A stretch of 64,000 nucleotides of DNA, from the IMG/VR virus record IMGVR_UViG_3300044732_001099, positions 1 to 64,000 of that record. One strand, given 5' to 3'. This DNA is from a virus. Positions within the stretch are counted from its first letter, which is position 1. Every line of letters begins with the position of its first letter. A model generated the notes under the pieces. It was given only the letters and a program-made list of their open reading frames with translations. It made no database searches and had not been told where the DNA came from. The position numbers and the translations under genes were made by a program. Shown piece after piece: positions 1 to 9,979 of the stretch.

Positions 1-1
1 T

Positions 2-1453
2 TCAGAAAAAAAAAACGACACTCCCTACTTCTCGGAGAAGCCGCCTTTCGTTAAATTCCTCACGCCGGAAGAGTATAAAGATCTTACTGCCACAGAATCA
101 AAAAGAAAGCGTCTTGAAAAGAAAGGACAAAAAATACTTAAAGCATATCGTGTCGATAGATGGTCAGGTGTCCGAATAGGGACAATGACTTACATCAAAA
201 TTAAGAAACATGATTTTCAGTATCGCACGCATGATAGACTTTCAGACATTGCGCTGCCATACATAGGATTTGCTAACAACAGATTCTATAAGGCATATTC
301 TCCATTATGGGAAACTAAAGACATTCAGGAACTGTACAACATACTGCATTACCAAGAAGAACTCTTGATTGCATTATCTGGTGTTAAAGGTATTATCTAT
401 GACCTATCGCAAATGCCAAGCGGTATGACACCACAAGAGGTAATGTACTACATGAAACAAGGTCTTGGTTTGATTGAAACTGTTAAACCTAATGGTAAAG
501 CAGTGCGTACTTCCTTTAATCAGTTTGCTACATACGACATGACTGTATCTCCGGCAATACAGTCAATAATGATTATTAAGGAATCCCTCAATACATTAGC
601 CGGCGAGATTACTGGGGTAACAAGGCAAAAGACAGGACAGGTACTTGCATCGGATCAAGTAGGTACATCGCAAATGGCATTGGCGCAATCTAATGTCGTT
701 ACCGAGTATTATTTTATGAAAACTGATGAACTTAATGAACTTTTGTTTACTAGACTTTGCAATATCTTTCCATACGCATACGCGGAAGGTAAGCGTGGTA
801 TGTATGTAGTAGGCAAAGAAAGACAGGAGATACTAAACATACAAAAAGACCAGTTGAAAGGAGAGTTTAGATCTATAGTAAACTCTGGTAGCAAAGAACG
901 AGAGATAATGCGTACGGCAAAACAAATGGCACAAATGAAGTTTCAGCAAGGACAGATAGGTGCTTCTGATTTTCTTGATTTACTAGATACTGATACTATG
1001 TTTGAAATGCGCAAACTATTAAAAGATGCCGAACAACGCGTATTAGAAACTAGTCAGAAAATGCAAAGTGATTCTGTAGAGCAGCAAAAGCAAGCACAAA
1101 TGGAAGTTGAGCAGATGAAGATGCAGATGCAACAACAAGTAGCGCAAATGTCAAGTCAAGTTGAAGGACAACTACTACAACTTAAAGGACAAATAGAACT
1201 ACAAAAAGAGCAAATGAAAATACAAAATGCACAAACTCAAATACAAGTACAACAACAAACCGAACAACAAAAATTAGAAATAGAACAAGAAAAAGTAGAA
1301 AACGAGAAACAAGTTGAGTTAGCTTATCTTAACTTTGCATATACAGAACTCGAGGTTAATGCGACGAACCAACGAGCACAGATGCTGATAAATAGAGCGA
1401 AGACAGCATTAGAAATGAAATCGTCCGCTAAAAAAGAACGTGTAAAAGACTAA
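2..1453 (+). CDS. Portal protein (crAss-like), 5'-truncated by the window edge
   Basis: The frame is open from position 2 (SEKKNDTP...DRWSGVRIGTMTYI), so ATG 185 is internal. WxGxRIG, FNQFATYDMT and GEITGVTRQKTGQV resemble crAss-like portals. It has a Gln-rich coiled-coil C-terminus and lies two genes upstream of the capsid gene. Confidence 0.8.
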   Translation, partial: SEKKNDTPYFSEKPPFVKFLTPEEYKDLTATESKRKRLEKKGQKILKAYRVDRWSGVRIGTMTYIKIKKHDFQYRTHDRLSDIALPYIGFANNRFYKAYSPLWETKDIQELYNILHYQEELLIALSGVKGIIYDLSQMPSGMTPQEVMYYMKQGLGLIETVKPNGKAVRTSFNQFATYDMTVSPAIQSIMIIKESLNTLAGEITGVTRQKTGQVLASDQVGTSQMALAQSNVVTEYYFMKTDELNELLFTRLCNIFPYAYAEGKRGMYVVGKERQEILNIQKDQLKGEFRSIVNSGSKEREIMRTAKQMAQMKFQQGQIGASDFLDLLDTDTMFEMRKLLKDAEQRVLETSQKMQSDSVEQQKQAQMEVEQMKMQMQQQVAQMSSQVEGQLLQLKGQIELQKEQMKIQNAQTQIQVQQQTEQQKLEIEQEKVENEKQVELAYLNFAYTELEVNATNQRAQMLINRAKTALEMKSSAKKERVKD

Positions 1454-1457
1454 GAAC

Positions 1458-2591
1458 ATGGAAAACGAAAACAACTTTGTAGACACATCGGGTGCAGATT
1501 TTGCCACTCAGTTTAAAGCTCCTGATATGGATTTTCAGGATGACTTCTTTGGTGATGAAGGATTACAGGAACAAGATGATGTTCAAGAAAACTTTGATGA
1601 GTTTGATAATCCAATAGATAATGAGGATGATGATTATCAAAACAACAATAACGACAACGACTCAAACGACACTACTGGAAACCCAGTATTAGATTCTTAT
1701 TTGCAATGGGCCGTAGAAAGAAACATAGATGTAAGAAATCAAAGCATTGATGTAGATAACTTTGATGCCGAAACAATGGATAAACTAGTTGGTGACTATT
1801 ATATCCAAAAGAAACTTGGTGGAGTAGACCCGCGCATAGCAGAACTATCTGAGCAAGGTATAAGTCTTGACGAGTACATGCAGCATAAAAACTATTTGCA
1901 AGGTATTGCCAATCAAGATCCAGTACAGTTGTATAAAGCATCAATGTATGACCATTTGCTTAAGTCAGAATCGCAACTAGGTTCTATTAACGTAGATCAG
2001 TATGGTAATCCTGATGATGCAAGTATGAGATATCTTGTAAATGAAGTAGAGCGTAGAATACAAGGTATGAATCCCGATGCTATCAAACAGAGAGGACAGC
2101 AGATTCAACAGTCTTACATGCAGGAAATAGATAGACTTCCTGACAACTTAATTCAGCAACAACAACAGAAATATACATCCGAACTTCAGAGGTATAACAC
2201 CGAAGTCGAAGAGCTTACAAGTTTATTTAAAGATAGGCTTTCAAAAAGTGATAATCTTGTCATTGACTTCTCAGGCCAGTCCGAGAAAGATGATTTTATC
2301 AATTACATGAAACAGAATCTTGAAATACACAATTATCAAGGTCAACAGGTGGTGCCCCTGCTACACCGATTGCAAAACGACGCTGAATATTTGGCCACTA
2401 CTATGAGGTTGTTGCACATGCACGATAAAGGTTATTTCACAGACTTGAAAAATATGGAGCGCAACGCTGCATTCAAAAAGTTAAGTGTAACACCAGTATT
2501 GAGCAAAAACTCTAAACAACAATCAACGGGCGGACCTGGAAAGTATGTAGATACATCCGACCCGAATTATCTTAAAAAGTTTAAACGCTAA
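1458..2591 (+). CDS. Acidic protein preceding the major capsid gene (putative scaffold/assembly protein)
   Basis: 377 aa with a very D/E/N-rich N-terminus and helical body. Its position between portal and MCP matches crAss-like synteny; the function is inferred. Confidence 0.55.
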   Translation: MENENNFVDTSGADFATQFKAPDMDFQDDFFGDEGLQEQDDVQENFDEFDNPIDNEDDDYQNNNNDNDSNDTTGNPVLDSYLQWAVERNIDVRNQSIDVDNFDAETMDKLVGDYYIQKKLGGVDPRIAELSEQGISLDEYMQHKNYLQGIANQDPVQLYKASMYDHLLKSESQLGSINVDQYGNPDDASMRYLVNEVERRIQGMNPDAIKQRGQQIQQSYMQEIDRLPDNLIQQQQQKYTSELQRYNTEVEELTSLFKDRLSKSDNLVIDFSGQSEKDDFINYMKQNLEIHNYQGQQVVPLLHRLQNDAEYLATTMRLLHMHDKGYFTDLKNMERNAAFKKLSVTPVLSKNSKQQSTGGPGKYVDTSDPNYLKKFKR

Positions 2592-2596
2592 AAAAA

Positions 2597-4159
2597 ATGG
2601 GACTCGAAAAGTTTGGCGTAGCCGGACGAGTTGTTGTAGGTAATCCACGTGATTTGACTAACTTCAAAATGACGGACTACAATAACCTCCGCAATATCGC
2701 AGCAGTTCGCCCTGACGTTATTCAGGGACTATTCAAGCACTTTTCTGAAAGAACCGGTATGATTACCGAGCTTCTTTATTACATGAAGAGTAACTACGAT
2801 CCAACTGTAGAAAGATTCAAGCAACAGAACTTTGGTCAGCAAAAATCAGCTTGGGCAAAGAACTTCAAGATGCTTAACAATCTTGAATACGCTTGGTGTT
2901 CTCCTGCACCTTCAGGATGGGTGTATCGTATTACTACTGCTCCTGAGTTTGACAATGGTTTTGTTGGTCGTTTTCATCGTGAGTTTTACTTTAATGTAAA
3001 CAAACAACTTGGTGACAAAGATGATGTATTGTTGCTTGCCGATGGTACTACACAGATCATCATTACCAAACAACCAGAAGCACAAGCCGATGGAACACTT
3101 CGCATTCGCGCAAGACTTCTTACTAAAGAAGGAGAATGGGGCCAAGCTATTCCTGCATACTTACTTGAAGTAGGTCAAGAGGTTTCTCCTCCATTGTACA
3201 ACATGAAGCCTGAAGCATCTGAGCATGGTAGCAAAAGCCGTGTATCTTTTGGTGAATGGCATCGTGGTTGGATGACAACTATGCGTTGGGAATGGAACAT
3301 CACAGGTCATGCTGCTCACGTTAAAACCGACAAATCTCCAATGGGTATCGTTTACACAAACGACAAAGGAGAAATCGAAAACTACTGGACAGAAACTTGG
3401 AGATACCAAATGTGGAAGAATGCTTATGAGCATATGGACAATCAGTTGTTCTGGGGTATGTCATACACCGACAATGAAGGTCGCTTCCAAAAAGATGAGC
3501 GTGGCTACCGCTACTATTCTGGTATGGGTATCTATCATCAGGCAAATCGCCGCTTGAAGCGCGAGTATGTTAAGATGAATGACTTCTCTATCCTTGATGA
3601 CCTTATCAAAGGCATGTACAATGACTCAATCGAAACTGGTGTTAAGCCTGAGATTTTCCTTTGTGCCGGTCTTGAACTAAGAACTGATATTGACCGTTTG
3701 ATTCGTAATGAGTTCAAAGGTTCTCCTGAGGTTCTTTATTTTGATGGCAAAGGAAACTACCAAGCTGGTGGTACTGGTAATGACACTATGGGTATTCGTT
3801 CTAACTTCCGTTACTACGAAACTCCTGCAGGTAAAATCATCGTATCAGACTGTCCATATTTTGACAGAAAAGGTATGCCAAGCGTACGCACAAGCGAAGG
3901 TAATCGTGAGCAATCACATCGCGGTATTTTGATTAACCTTGCTAAAATGCGTGGTGGTCAAGATGCAATGACTATGGTTACTCTACAAGGCCGTCAAAAC
4001 GTAGTAGGTAAAGTACATGGTATGTCAGATCCTGGCCCCGGTGGTGCATTAACAACTACAGCTGACGTACAAGGCGAGCACATGCTTACAATGCAGGGTA
4101 TTGCTTTGCACAACCCTAACTGTATGGCAGAGCTTAAACTTGCTCGCGGTCGTCGATAG
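2597..4159 (+). CDS. Major capsid protein (crAss-like, HK97 fold)
   Basis: 520 aa with MTTMRWEWNITG, MDNQLFWG, YSGMGIYHQ, NFRYYETPAG and a C-terminal MQGIALHNP, as in crAss-like MCPs. Codon usage favours CGT/GGT, suggesting high expression. Confidence 0.85.
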   Translation: MGLEKFGVAGRVVVGNPRDLTNFKMTDYNNLRNIAAVRPDVIQGLFKHFSERTGMITELLYYMKSNYDPTVERFKQQNFGQQKSAWAKNFKMLNNLEYAWCSPAPSGWVYRITTAPEFDNGFVGRFHREFYFNVNKQLGDKDDVLLLADGTTQIIITKQPEAQADGTLRIRARLLTKEGEWGQAIPAYLLEVGQEVSPPLYNMKPEASEHGSKSRVSFGEWHRGWMTTMRWEWNITGHAAHVKTDKSPMGIVYTNDKGEIENYWTETWRYQMWKNAYEHMDNQLFWGMSYTDNEGRFQKDERGYRYYSGMGIYHQANRRLKREYVKMNDFSILDDLIKGMYNDSIETGVKPEIFLCAGLELRTDIDRLIRNEFKGSPEVLYFDGKGNYQAGGTGNDTMGIRSNFRYYETPAGKIIVSDCPYFDRKGMPSVRTSEGNREQSHRGILINLAKMRGGQDAMTMVTLQGRQNVVGKVHGMSDPGPGGALTTTADVQGEHMLTMQGIALHNPNCMAELKLARGRR

Positions 4160-4176
4160 TATTTATTAACTTAAAA

Positions 4177-5376
4177 GTGAAACAGATTATGAACAATGCA
4201 ATTTTTTATCCAAAACAACACGAAGAACTTTTGAGAAAGGCAGGACTACTTGGAACTGGTTTTCTTGAAGTCAGAGCGGTACAAAGGTACAAACTACAAA
4301 ATGTTAGCGAAGATGGTATTACTTTTCGTGAAGAGAAAAGACCTGAAATAGATGACATAGCAACAGGCAACACATCACCAGTTTTTGACAGTTCTGGTTT
4401 GATTGCTGGCTATTGGGCAAATGGTCTTACATCGGAAGAAAAGAGAATCATCAACGAGGAGTGTGGTGTTCCATTCTTTTATTTGAATGAGCCAAACAAT
4501 CCACTAACAGGAAAGCCTTACCACCCTGATACAATTCTTTCATTAAACGAAGGGCAACTTTTTAATCTTTCTAATCCGCGCGATGTAGCTTATGTGCGTG
4601 TTCTTTTTGAGGTTGTATCTACAATCGGTAAAGACAAGCAAGAAGCTATGGACCATGGAGCATTCTTTTATTTCTTTTCTAAAGAAGAAGAGAAGCAGGA
4701 GAAAGAGAAAGAAATCAAAAAGAGAAAAGGTGCTGCTGCACTCATTGACAAACTTAGCAAAAAACAGAAACGTGACTGTGTAAGAATACTTATTCTTGAT
4801 GGTGACTACCCTGCCGATCCTTATGTAAATGAGGACATTGCCGAAGAAATCTTTGATGAGGTTGCATTCTCTATGCCTTACGAGGTGTTGCGTGCTTATG
4901 ATACTGAAAAGAAAGAAAACTATATTTGTGCTAAAGCATTGATACATTCAGGTCACATTGAAGCGAATAGTATTGACGGTCCGTACTTTAAGAACCCAAC
5001 GGTTTATGGACAGAAAACACATCTTGCTGATAGCTTAAGCGAACTGATGGTTAAAATCGATACGCATTTTGACTTGATGAAAGCTTACAGAGAACTTGAA
5101 GGTATTGTTGTTGGCGAGAATAGAATCGAAAAAGAAAGATTCATTCGTGACGCTGCATCTGTATCGTTTCTTTCCAAACATGGACTTTATGAAAAAGGAG
5201 AGCAGCCTAATGTTGCAGTTGTAGCAAAAAAGCAAGTTCCGGCAAATCTAAAGTTTATGAATGTAAAGCAGTTGATTGATTACATGGATAGTGAAAATAT
5301 TGTTCATGATTTCACAGAAAGTTCAAACCTTAAGGAAGCAAAGGAATATCTGACTAACTACATTGATAATCAATAA
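4177..5376 (+). CDS. Conserved crAss-like protein immediately downstream of MCP
   Basis: 399-aa ORF (GTG 4177 or ATG 4189) with FNLSNPRD and a charged coiled coil; assigned by synteny. Confidence 0.5.
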   Translation: MKQIMNNAIFYPKQHEELLRKAGLLGTGFLEVRAVQRYKLQNVSEDGITFREEKRPEIDDIATGNTSPVFDSSGLIAGYWANGLTSEEKRIINEECGVPFFYLNEPNNPLTGKPYHPDTILSLNEGQLFNLSNPRDVAYVRVLFEVVSTIGKDKQEAMDHGAFFYFFSKEEEKQEKEKEIKKRKGAAALIDKLSKKQKRDCVRILILDGDYPADPYVNEDIAEEIFDEVAFSMPYEVLRAYDTEKKENYICAKALIHSGHIEANSIDGPYFKNPTVYGQKTHLADSLSELMVKIDTHFDLMKAYRELEGIVVGENRIEKERFIRDAASVSFLSKHGLYEKGEQPNVAVVAKKQVPANLKFMNVKQLIDYMDSENIVHDFTESSNLKEAKEYLTNYIDNQ

Positions 5377-6098
5377 TGGTCCCAGTAGTTGAAGTATATA
5401 AAGCGGTACTTGCTGAACTAAAGCATTACAATACCACTAGTATGACACCCGATGAGTTTAACTATCACATTTGGATAGCTACGCTCGAGTATGTCAAAAA
5501 TAGGTATTGGGCCCACGAACAGCATCAAAAACAGATAGACGACCTGTCTGTCATAAAAGTTGTAACGGATGGCATTGCGGGATTTCCTGCTCCATTGGTA
5601 AACCTTGGTCCTGCTGTTGCTGGCCAGGAATACGTACAACTTCCTGCCAACTATCTTCACTTACTGGCTGTATCTGTCAAGGTAAAGTATAAAAACGAAC
5701 CTTGCGAAGTTGATAACACTATGTCCGGGTATATTTCTGCTACTCACTTGAAAGATGATTTTAGATTTACCATTGAAGATGACTACTACAAGAAACCGTC
5801 TGCCGAATGGCCTAATCTTTATTACGATCAAAGAGGAAACAGACTTACATTTAGATGTGGAGATAGCATAGTTCAAGATGTAAAGATTGCATATTTACGA
5901 TTGCCACAGCGTATAAGCTTTGATGTAACAAATCAAAACAATGTAGACTCAGAGTTTGCATGGCCTCAAACGCTCGAGATTGTAAAACATTGTGTAATCT
6001 CTTATCTTGAAACCATTAAAGACCCAAGAGTACAGTCAATGCTTCCGATAACTGAAAGAAATTTTTTACAAACACCCCCGCCTAACGTACCAACGTAG
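5376..6098 (+). CDS. Tail ring / head-tail connector protein
   Basis: 240 aa with TPDEFNY, LPANYLHLL and IAYLRLPQRI, a pattern typical of crAss-like ring proteins. Translationally coupled through TAATG. Confidence 0.6.
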   Translation: MVPVVEVYKAVLAELKHYNTTSMTPDEFNYHIWIATLEYVKNRYWAHEQHQKQIDDLSVIKVVTDGIAGFPAPLVNLGPAVAGQEYVQLPANYLHLLAVSVKVKYKNEPCEVDNTMSGYISATHLKDDFRFTIEDDYYKKPSAEWPNLYYDQRGNRLTFRCGDSIVQDVKIAYLRLPQRISFDVTNQNNVDSEFAWPQTLEIVKHCVISYLETIKDPRVQSMLPITERNFLQTPPPNVPT

Positions 6099-6117
6099 CG
6101 GTAAATAATTAAATAAC

Positions 6118-7293
6118 ATGCAAAGTAATGCTCAAAAACTTTGGATCCCGAATCCAAACGCAGGTACACTAGTGGATGTTGAAGCACTACAGGGGCCTGA
6201 TTTTGCAAATGAAGTGCGTATTGTTGACCAAATCTCAATACTATCTACATCTGTAACACGTTGCCAAAAGGTTTGCGCATCACCATGTGAGGAAAACATC
6301 TGGACTATTGAGTTCGAAGATGTTGACTTTGGTGATTGCAATGCTTGCGGCAAATCAGTAGGATTTACTCTGTTGCTTAACAGAAATCCTGATTTTGACA
6401 ATCAAACATATTTTGAATACAACCAGCGTAAGCAGTATGTTTATCAAGGTAATCTTTCTGGCGTTGTAACAGGTGTAGACCTTGCTACATGGTTTGAAAG
6501 TTACATTAATGACTTGATTAATCAAAACGATCAACACGATCAGTTTTTGGTAAGCGTAACAAGAAACACTGATACACTTACACTTACGTTTCCTTGCTCT
6601 GGACTTATTGCTTATAGTTTGATTGGTATTTATCAGTTGCCAAACAACAATCTTGCAACTGCAGAGATTCCAGTATTCACTGAAACGCAAGAAGCAGTAG
6701 AAGCTGTATTGAGCCGTGAAAAACTACTCCAGCAGTTTCCACAAGAAATCGGTCACGTATTTGGAGAAGCTCCTCGTGACCAATGGATGTGGTGCCAGAC
6801 TGTTTGCGTTATTACACTGAAAGGTTGTATTGATGCTTGCAGTAGTTTCTTCGACAATCAGAATAGCGGTCACTTACATACCGGCGCAACTCCATTTGAT
6901 TTGTTGCTTTATGTAGATAGTTCTGCTCCTGGTTTTGCTGATTTCATTGCAGCATTGAATAACTTGTTCCCTAATGCTTGTGATCTTGATAATCTTCCAG
7001 GTTTCCAATCTGGCGTACAAGGTCCATTAACCGGGATTGATATTTCATCAATTGTTGATAATATTGACCCTATAAATGGAACACTTATCAATGTAACTAT
7101 TGGTGCATTGTCATTTAGTGTAACAGCTAATAGTGGAGCTGATTTAGCTTCTGAAATTGATACATTATTTGGTGTAGGAACAGCTGCAGCATATTCTGCT
7201 CCTGACATTTCATTTGGTGTGCCTCTTGATAACTTTGGTTCAACTGCTGTTATTAGCATTGTATCTGATCCAGTTAACTACGTAGGCGAGTAA
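6118..7293 (+). CDS. Virion structural protein, probably auxiliary capsid protein
   Basis: 391 aa, acidic, beta-rich and Cys-containing. It follows a ring gene, the position of the auxiliary capsid gene in crAss-like phages. Confidence 0.45.
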   Translation: MQSNAQKLWIPNPNAGTLVDVEALQGPDFANEVRIVDQISILSTSVTRCQKVCASPCEENIWTIEFEDVDFGDCNACGKSVGFTLLLNRNPDFDNQTYFEYNQRKQYVYQGNLSGVVTGVDLATWFESYINDLINQNDQHDQFLVSVTRNTDTLTLTFPCSGLIAYSLIGIYQLPNNNLATAEIPVFTETQEAVEAVLSREKLLQQFPQEIGHVFGEAPRDQWMWCQTVCVITLKGCIDACSSFFDNQNSGHLHTGATPFDLLLYVDSSAPGFADFIAALNNLFPNACDLDNLPGFQSGVQGPLTGIDISSIVDNIDPINGTLINVTIGALSFSVTANSGADLASEIDTLFGVGTAAAYSAPDISFGVPLDNFGSTAVISIVSDPVNYVGE

Positions 7294-7712
7294 TGATGAT
7301 ACTGAGCGAGACCTTGTTCTTTTCTGTCTTAGTTTCGCTTTTTACACAGGGTTTGAGTGCCGCTGCAAACAGTGGCGGCATTCTATACCCGATTAAAGCG
7401 TGGATGGAAAATATATCTAGGTCAAAAAAACTAGACAACAGAAAGATAGAAATATCTGGTTACAAGGAAAATAGAAGACGACAATACCAATCTTCAGAGT
7501 GGATTAACCCGGCATTGCAAAAGCTTGAACTATTACATCTTTACCGCAATCTTTGGCACAAGCCATTGCTGACATGTATGGTATGTATGTCTTCTTTTTA
7601 TGGAACATTGATTTACTGGATTATGTATAACCAGTACCCATTATATATTTGGATTCTAGGCATTCCAATATCATCAGCAATAACTGTATTAACCCATAAA
7701 CTACGAACATGA
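7293..7712 (+). CDS. Small membrane protein with CxxC (DUF1360-like pattern)
   Basis: Hydrophobic N-terminal helix and two C-terminal hydrophobic segments; motif KPLLTCMVCMSSFYG. Confidence 0.5.
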   Translation: MMILSETLFFSVLVSLFTQGLSAAANSGGILYPIKAWMENISRSKKLDNRKIEISGYKENRRRQYQSSEWINPALQKLELLHLYRNLWHKPLLTCMVCMSSFYGTLIYWIMYNQYPLYIWILGIPISSAITVLTHKLRT

Positions 7713-8338
7713 GTTTTCAAAGCCTTGAAGCAGTAACATCAAGATTGATGAATGACTTGATAGCTGTTTATGACGATACAAGATTAAACAGAAAGATAGT
7801 ACGCGATAAAGTGCTTGTTGCAAGGGCAAATATTTTATCTAAGTATCTTCGTCAAAATCTTGGTTCTATTGCGGGTCAATACTACAATCAGTGTTGCTTT
7901 GAGGTAAATTGTGAACCTGTATGTCCGGGTGCGCCAGTAACTGTAATCAGAGGAAAGATACCAGAGCTTCTTGCTCAATTAGGTAGAAGAGCATTAAAGT
8001 ATCTTGGCACTGTAGATGGCAAGCATCCTTTTGAATGGCGCGATGAATCAAGTACAGAGTTTGTAAGTTATGCTCAGTTTGGTTGTAATAGAAAAAATCC
8101 GTACTTTGTTCTTACTGGACAAAAAGCTGATGTATATGATTTACCAACAGTAGACACAAAGATACTTATGGTAAAAGGAATATTTGCAGATCCATTTGCT
8201 TGTGGTTGTCCTGAAGATGATGTGTTTGTGCCGGCCGATCACATAGATGAAATAGAACAACAAATCAAAGTAGATTTATCGACATTCTTAATACAAAGAA
8301 GAATCGATAAAATGAACAATACAAATAGCGACAACTAA
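7709..8338 (+). CDS. Tail ring protein (crAss-like)
   Basis: 209 aa with DDTRLNRK, YLGTVDG and VKGIFADP, matching the ring-protein pattern and position. Confidence 0.6.
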   Translation: MSFQSLEAVTSRLMNDLIAVYDDTRLNRKIVRDKVLVARANILSKYLRQNLGSIAGQYYNQCCFEVNCEPVCPGAPVTVIRGKIPELLAQLGRRALKYLGTVDGKHPFEWRDESSTEFVSYAQFGCNRKNPYFVLTGQKADVYDLPTVDTKILMVKGIFADPFACGCPEDDVFVPADHIDEIEQQIKVDLSTFLIQRRIDKMNNTNSDN

Positions 8339-8787
8339 TGCCAGGAATACAAAAAAACTTAAAGTACAATGACTTGTACGTTGAAGCACAAAAAAACTAT
8401 GTTACTACAGATCCTTTTGGTAAAAGGTATATCATTTATCAAGGTATGCAGTTTAAGTTTGATTCATACGAAGACATAGAGGTTGGCTGCGGATGCGGTG
8501 GAGTACCAAAAGAAGTTTTAAGACATTACAATATTAATGCATTTGCTACCTGCAAAGAAGGAGAATACTTATGGCCAACTCCAAAAGGTTCTAATCTGAT
8601 GCTAGTAGTAACATCAAAATACTTTGTCGAAACCGATTCTTTAAAATATCCACCTGTAAAAAGTGCTTACGAAGACGAAACATCAGGAAAGGATGTAGAT
8701 TTATTTACACCGCCATGGAAAAGATCAATACCGAGAGAGGGTGGACTGTGGTATACAGACCCTTGGGAATCTCAAAAAGGAAGTTAA
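8338..8787 (+). CDS. Hypothetical protein with GCGCGG motif
   Basis: 149-aa ORF coupled to the previous gene through TAATG. Confidence 0.55.
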   Translation: MPGIQKNLKYNDLYVEAQKNYVTTDPFGKRYIIYQGMQFKFDSYEDIEVGCGCGGVPKEVLRHYNINAFATCKEGEYLWPTPKGSNLMLVVTSKYFVETDSLKYPPVKSAYEDETSGKDVDLFTPPWKRSIPREGGLWYTDPWESQKGS

Positions 8788-9425
8788 CAACAAGGAAAAG
8801 AGCTTATAGAAATCACGGAACGAACTATAACATAAGAAGAAAAAGATATAGGTTAAACAGAAAGATTGACAACTTTGATAACATAAACTATAGGATATTC
8901 TTTGACGAAAATAACTGGGATTACGACCAAAAAAGAAATCTACATCGAGCAGTGCGCATTGGAAAGTTAGGTAGGTTCATGAAGCGGAAATGGCTGCCAG
9001 ATACAGACACACAGCCAAAGGGAATGTTTGAAAGAAAGAAGAAAAAGTTTGTAATGTATTTGGCCGATTTGTTGATAAAGTTGCTTATTGATGACATGAT
9101 AGAAACTGGCAACAAGATTACATTTGCAGCAACTAAAACAAATAATCGTACACTTGAAGGATATTTTAAAATAGGAGTGTTTAAAGATAAAGGTATTTTT
9201 ACTAACTTTGAGAATCTTATTCTTTCAATAGTTCCGGGAACAATAGAACGCATTTCAGATTATTATCCATTAGTGATATTAGAAAACGAACTAAAAAGAA
9301 AGCTAAAGAACGCGTACATTCTTAAAAAAAGAGAATATGAAAGTATTGACATACAGGAACGTATTGCAGCGCATAACAGACTTAGCGGACTTTATCGACG
9401 TGTCGTCAAATCTCCCAAGAATTAA
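8715..9425 (+). CDS. Basic, putative IHF/HU-like DNA-binding protein (start uncertain)
   Basis: Very K/R-rich. LLIDDMIETGNKITF...GYFKIG resembles the divergent IHF-like genes found just before the tail tubular gene in crAss-like phages. Confidence 0.45.
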   Translation: MEKINTERGWTVVYRPLGISKRKLTTRKRAYRNHGTNYNIRRKRYRLNRKIDNFDNINYRIFFDENNWDYDQKRNLHRAVRIGKLGRFMKRKWLPDTDTQPKGMFERKKKKFVMYLADLLIKLLIDDMIETGNKITFAATKTNNRTLEGYFKIGVFKDKGIFTNFENLILSIVPGTIERISDYYPLVILENELKRKLKNAYILKKREYESIDIQERIAAHNRLSGLYRRVVKSPKN

Positions 9426-9978
9426 GAGATTGGTTTATAAGTGTGCAATAGATTCCAGAGCTGCAATATCAATGATAACAAAAGCTGCTGTGCCTGTTCA
9501 AGTAACAAATGGCATTGGCGAACTTCCATGCGACCTGCTTAGATTGTTGCGCGCGTACGGAGATAATAGTCATGGCGCTAGAACTGGTGATGCAATGGAA
9601 TCAACAAGATTAAAATCTTTCGGCCGCTACGATAAAACAAACACACACATTAAACCATCCTGGTTAAGAGAAGGAACTATTTATATCGATTACTATGCCG
9701 TACCAACAGTAGAGGTAACTGATGAAAATGGACAGAGTTGCCAAGAGATACAGATATCGCCAAGCCAGTTAGATTATTGTTCTTATGAGGTAATAAGAAT
9801 ACTTGCGCGCGATGAACTTGTTAGAGGAAAGATGCGACCTGATGTGTACGGATTATTTGAAGAGGAAGCTGCTAATCATTTTCAAGTAGCAATAGGCGAC
9901 ACAAGACAACTTAGTATTGATGATATGGAAAGCACAGCATGGATGCTGCGTAATGCTCAGTTTTTTAACTTAAGATAA
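9337..9978 (+). CDS. Tail tubular / ring protein 1 (P22 gp4-like)
   Basis: 213 aa with GELPCDL and GTIYIDYYAVP...DENG; directly precedes the muzzle gene. Confidence 0.65.
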   Translation: MKVLTYRNVLQRITDLADFIDVSSNLPRIKRLVYKCAIDSRAAISMITKAAVPVQVTNGIGELPCDLLRLLRAYGDNSHGARTGDAMESTRLKSFGRYDKTNTHIKPSWLREGTIYIDYYAVPTVEVTDENGQSCQEIQISPSQLDYCSYEVIRILARDELVRGKMRPDVYGLFEEEAANHFQVAIGDTRQLSIDDMESTAWMLRNAQFFNLR

Positions 9979-9979
9979 A

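Noticed and set aside
185-187. ATG 185 as the portal start
   Set aside because: The frame is open to the window edge and portal-like sequence continues upstream.
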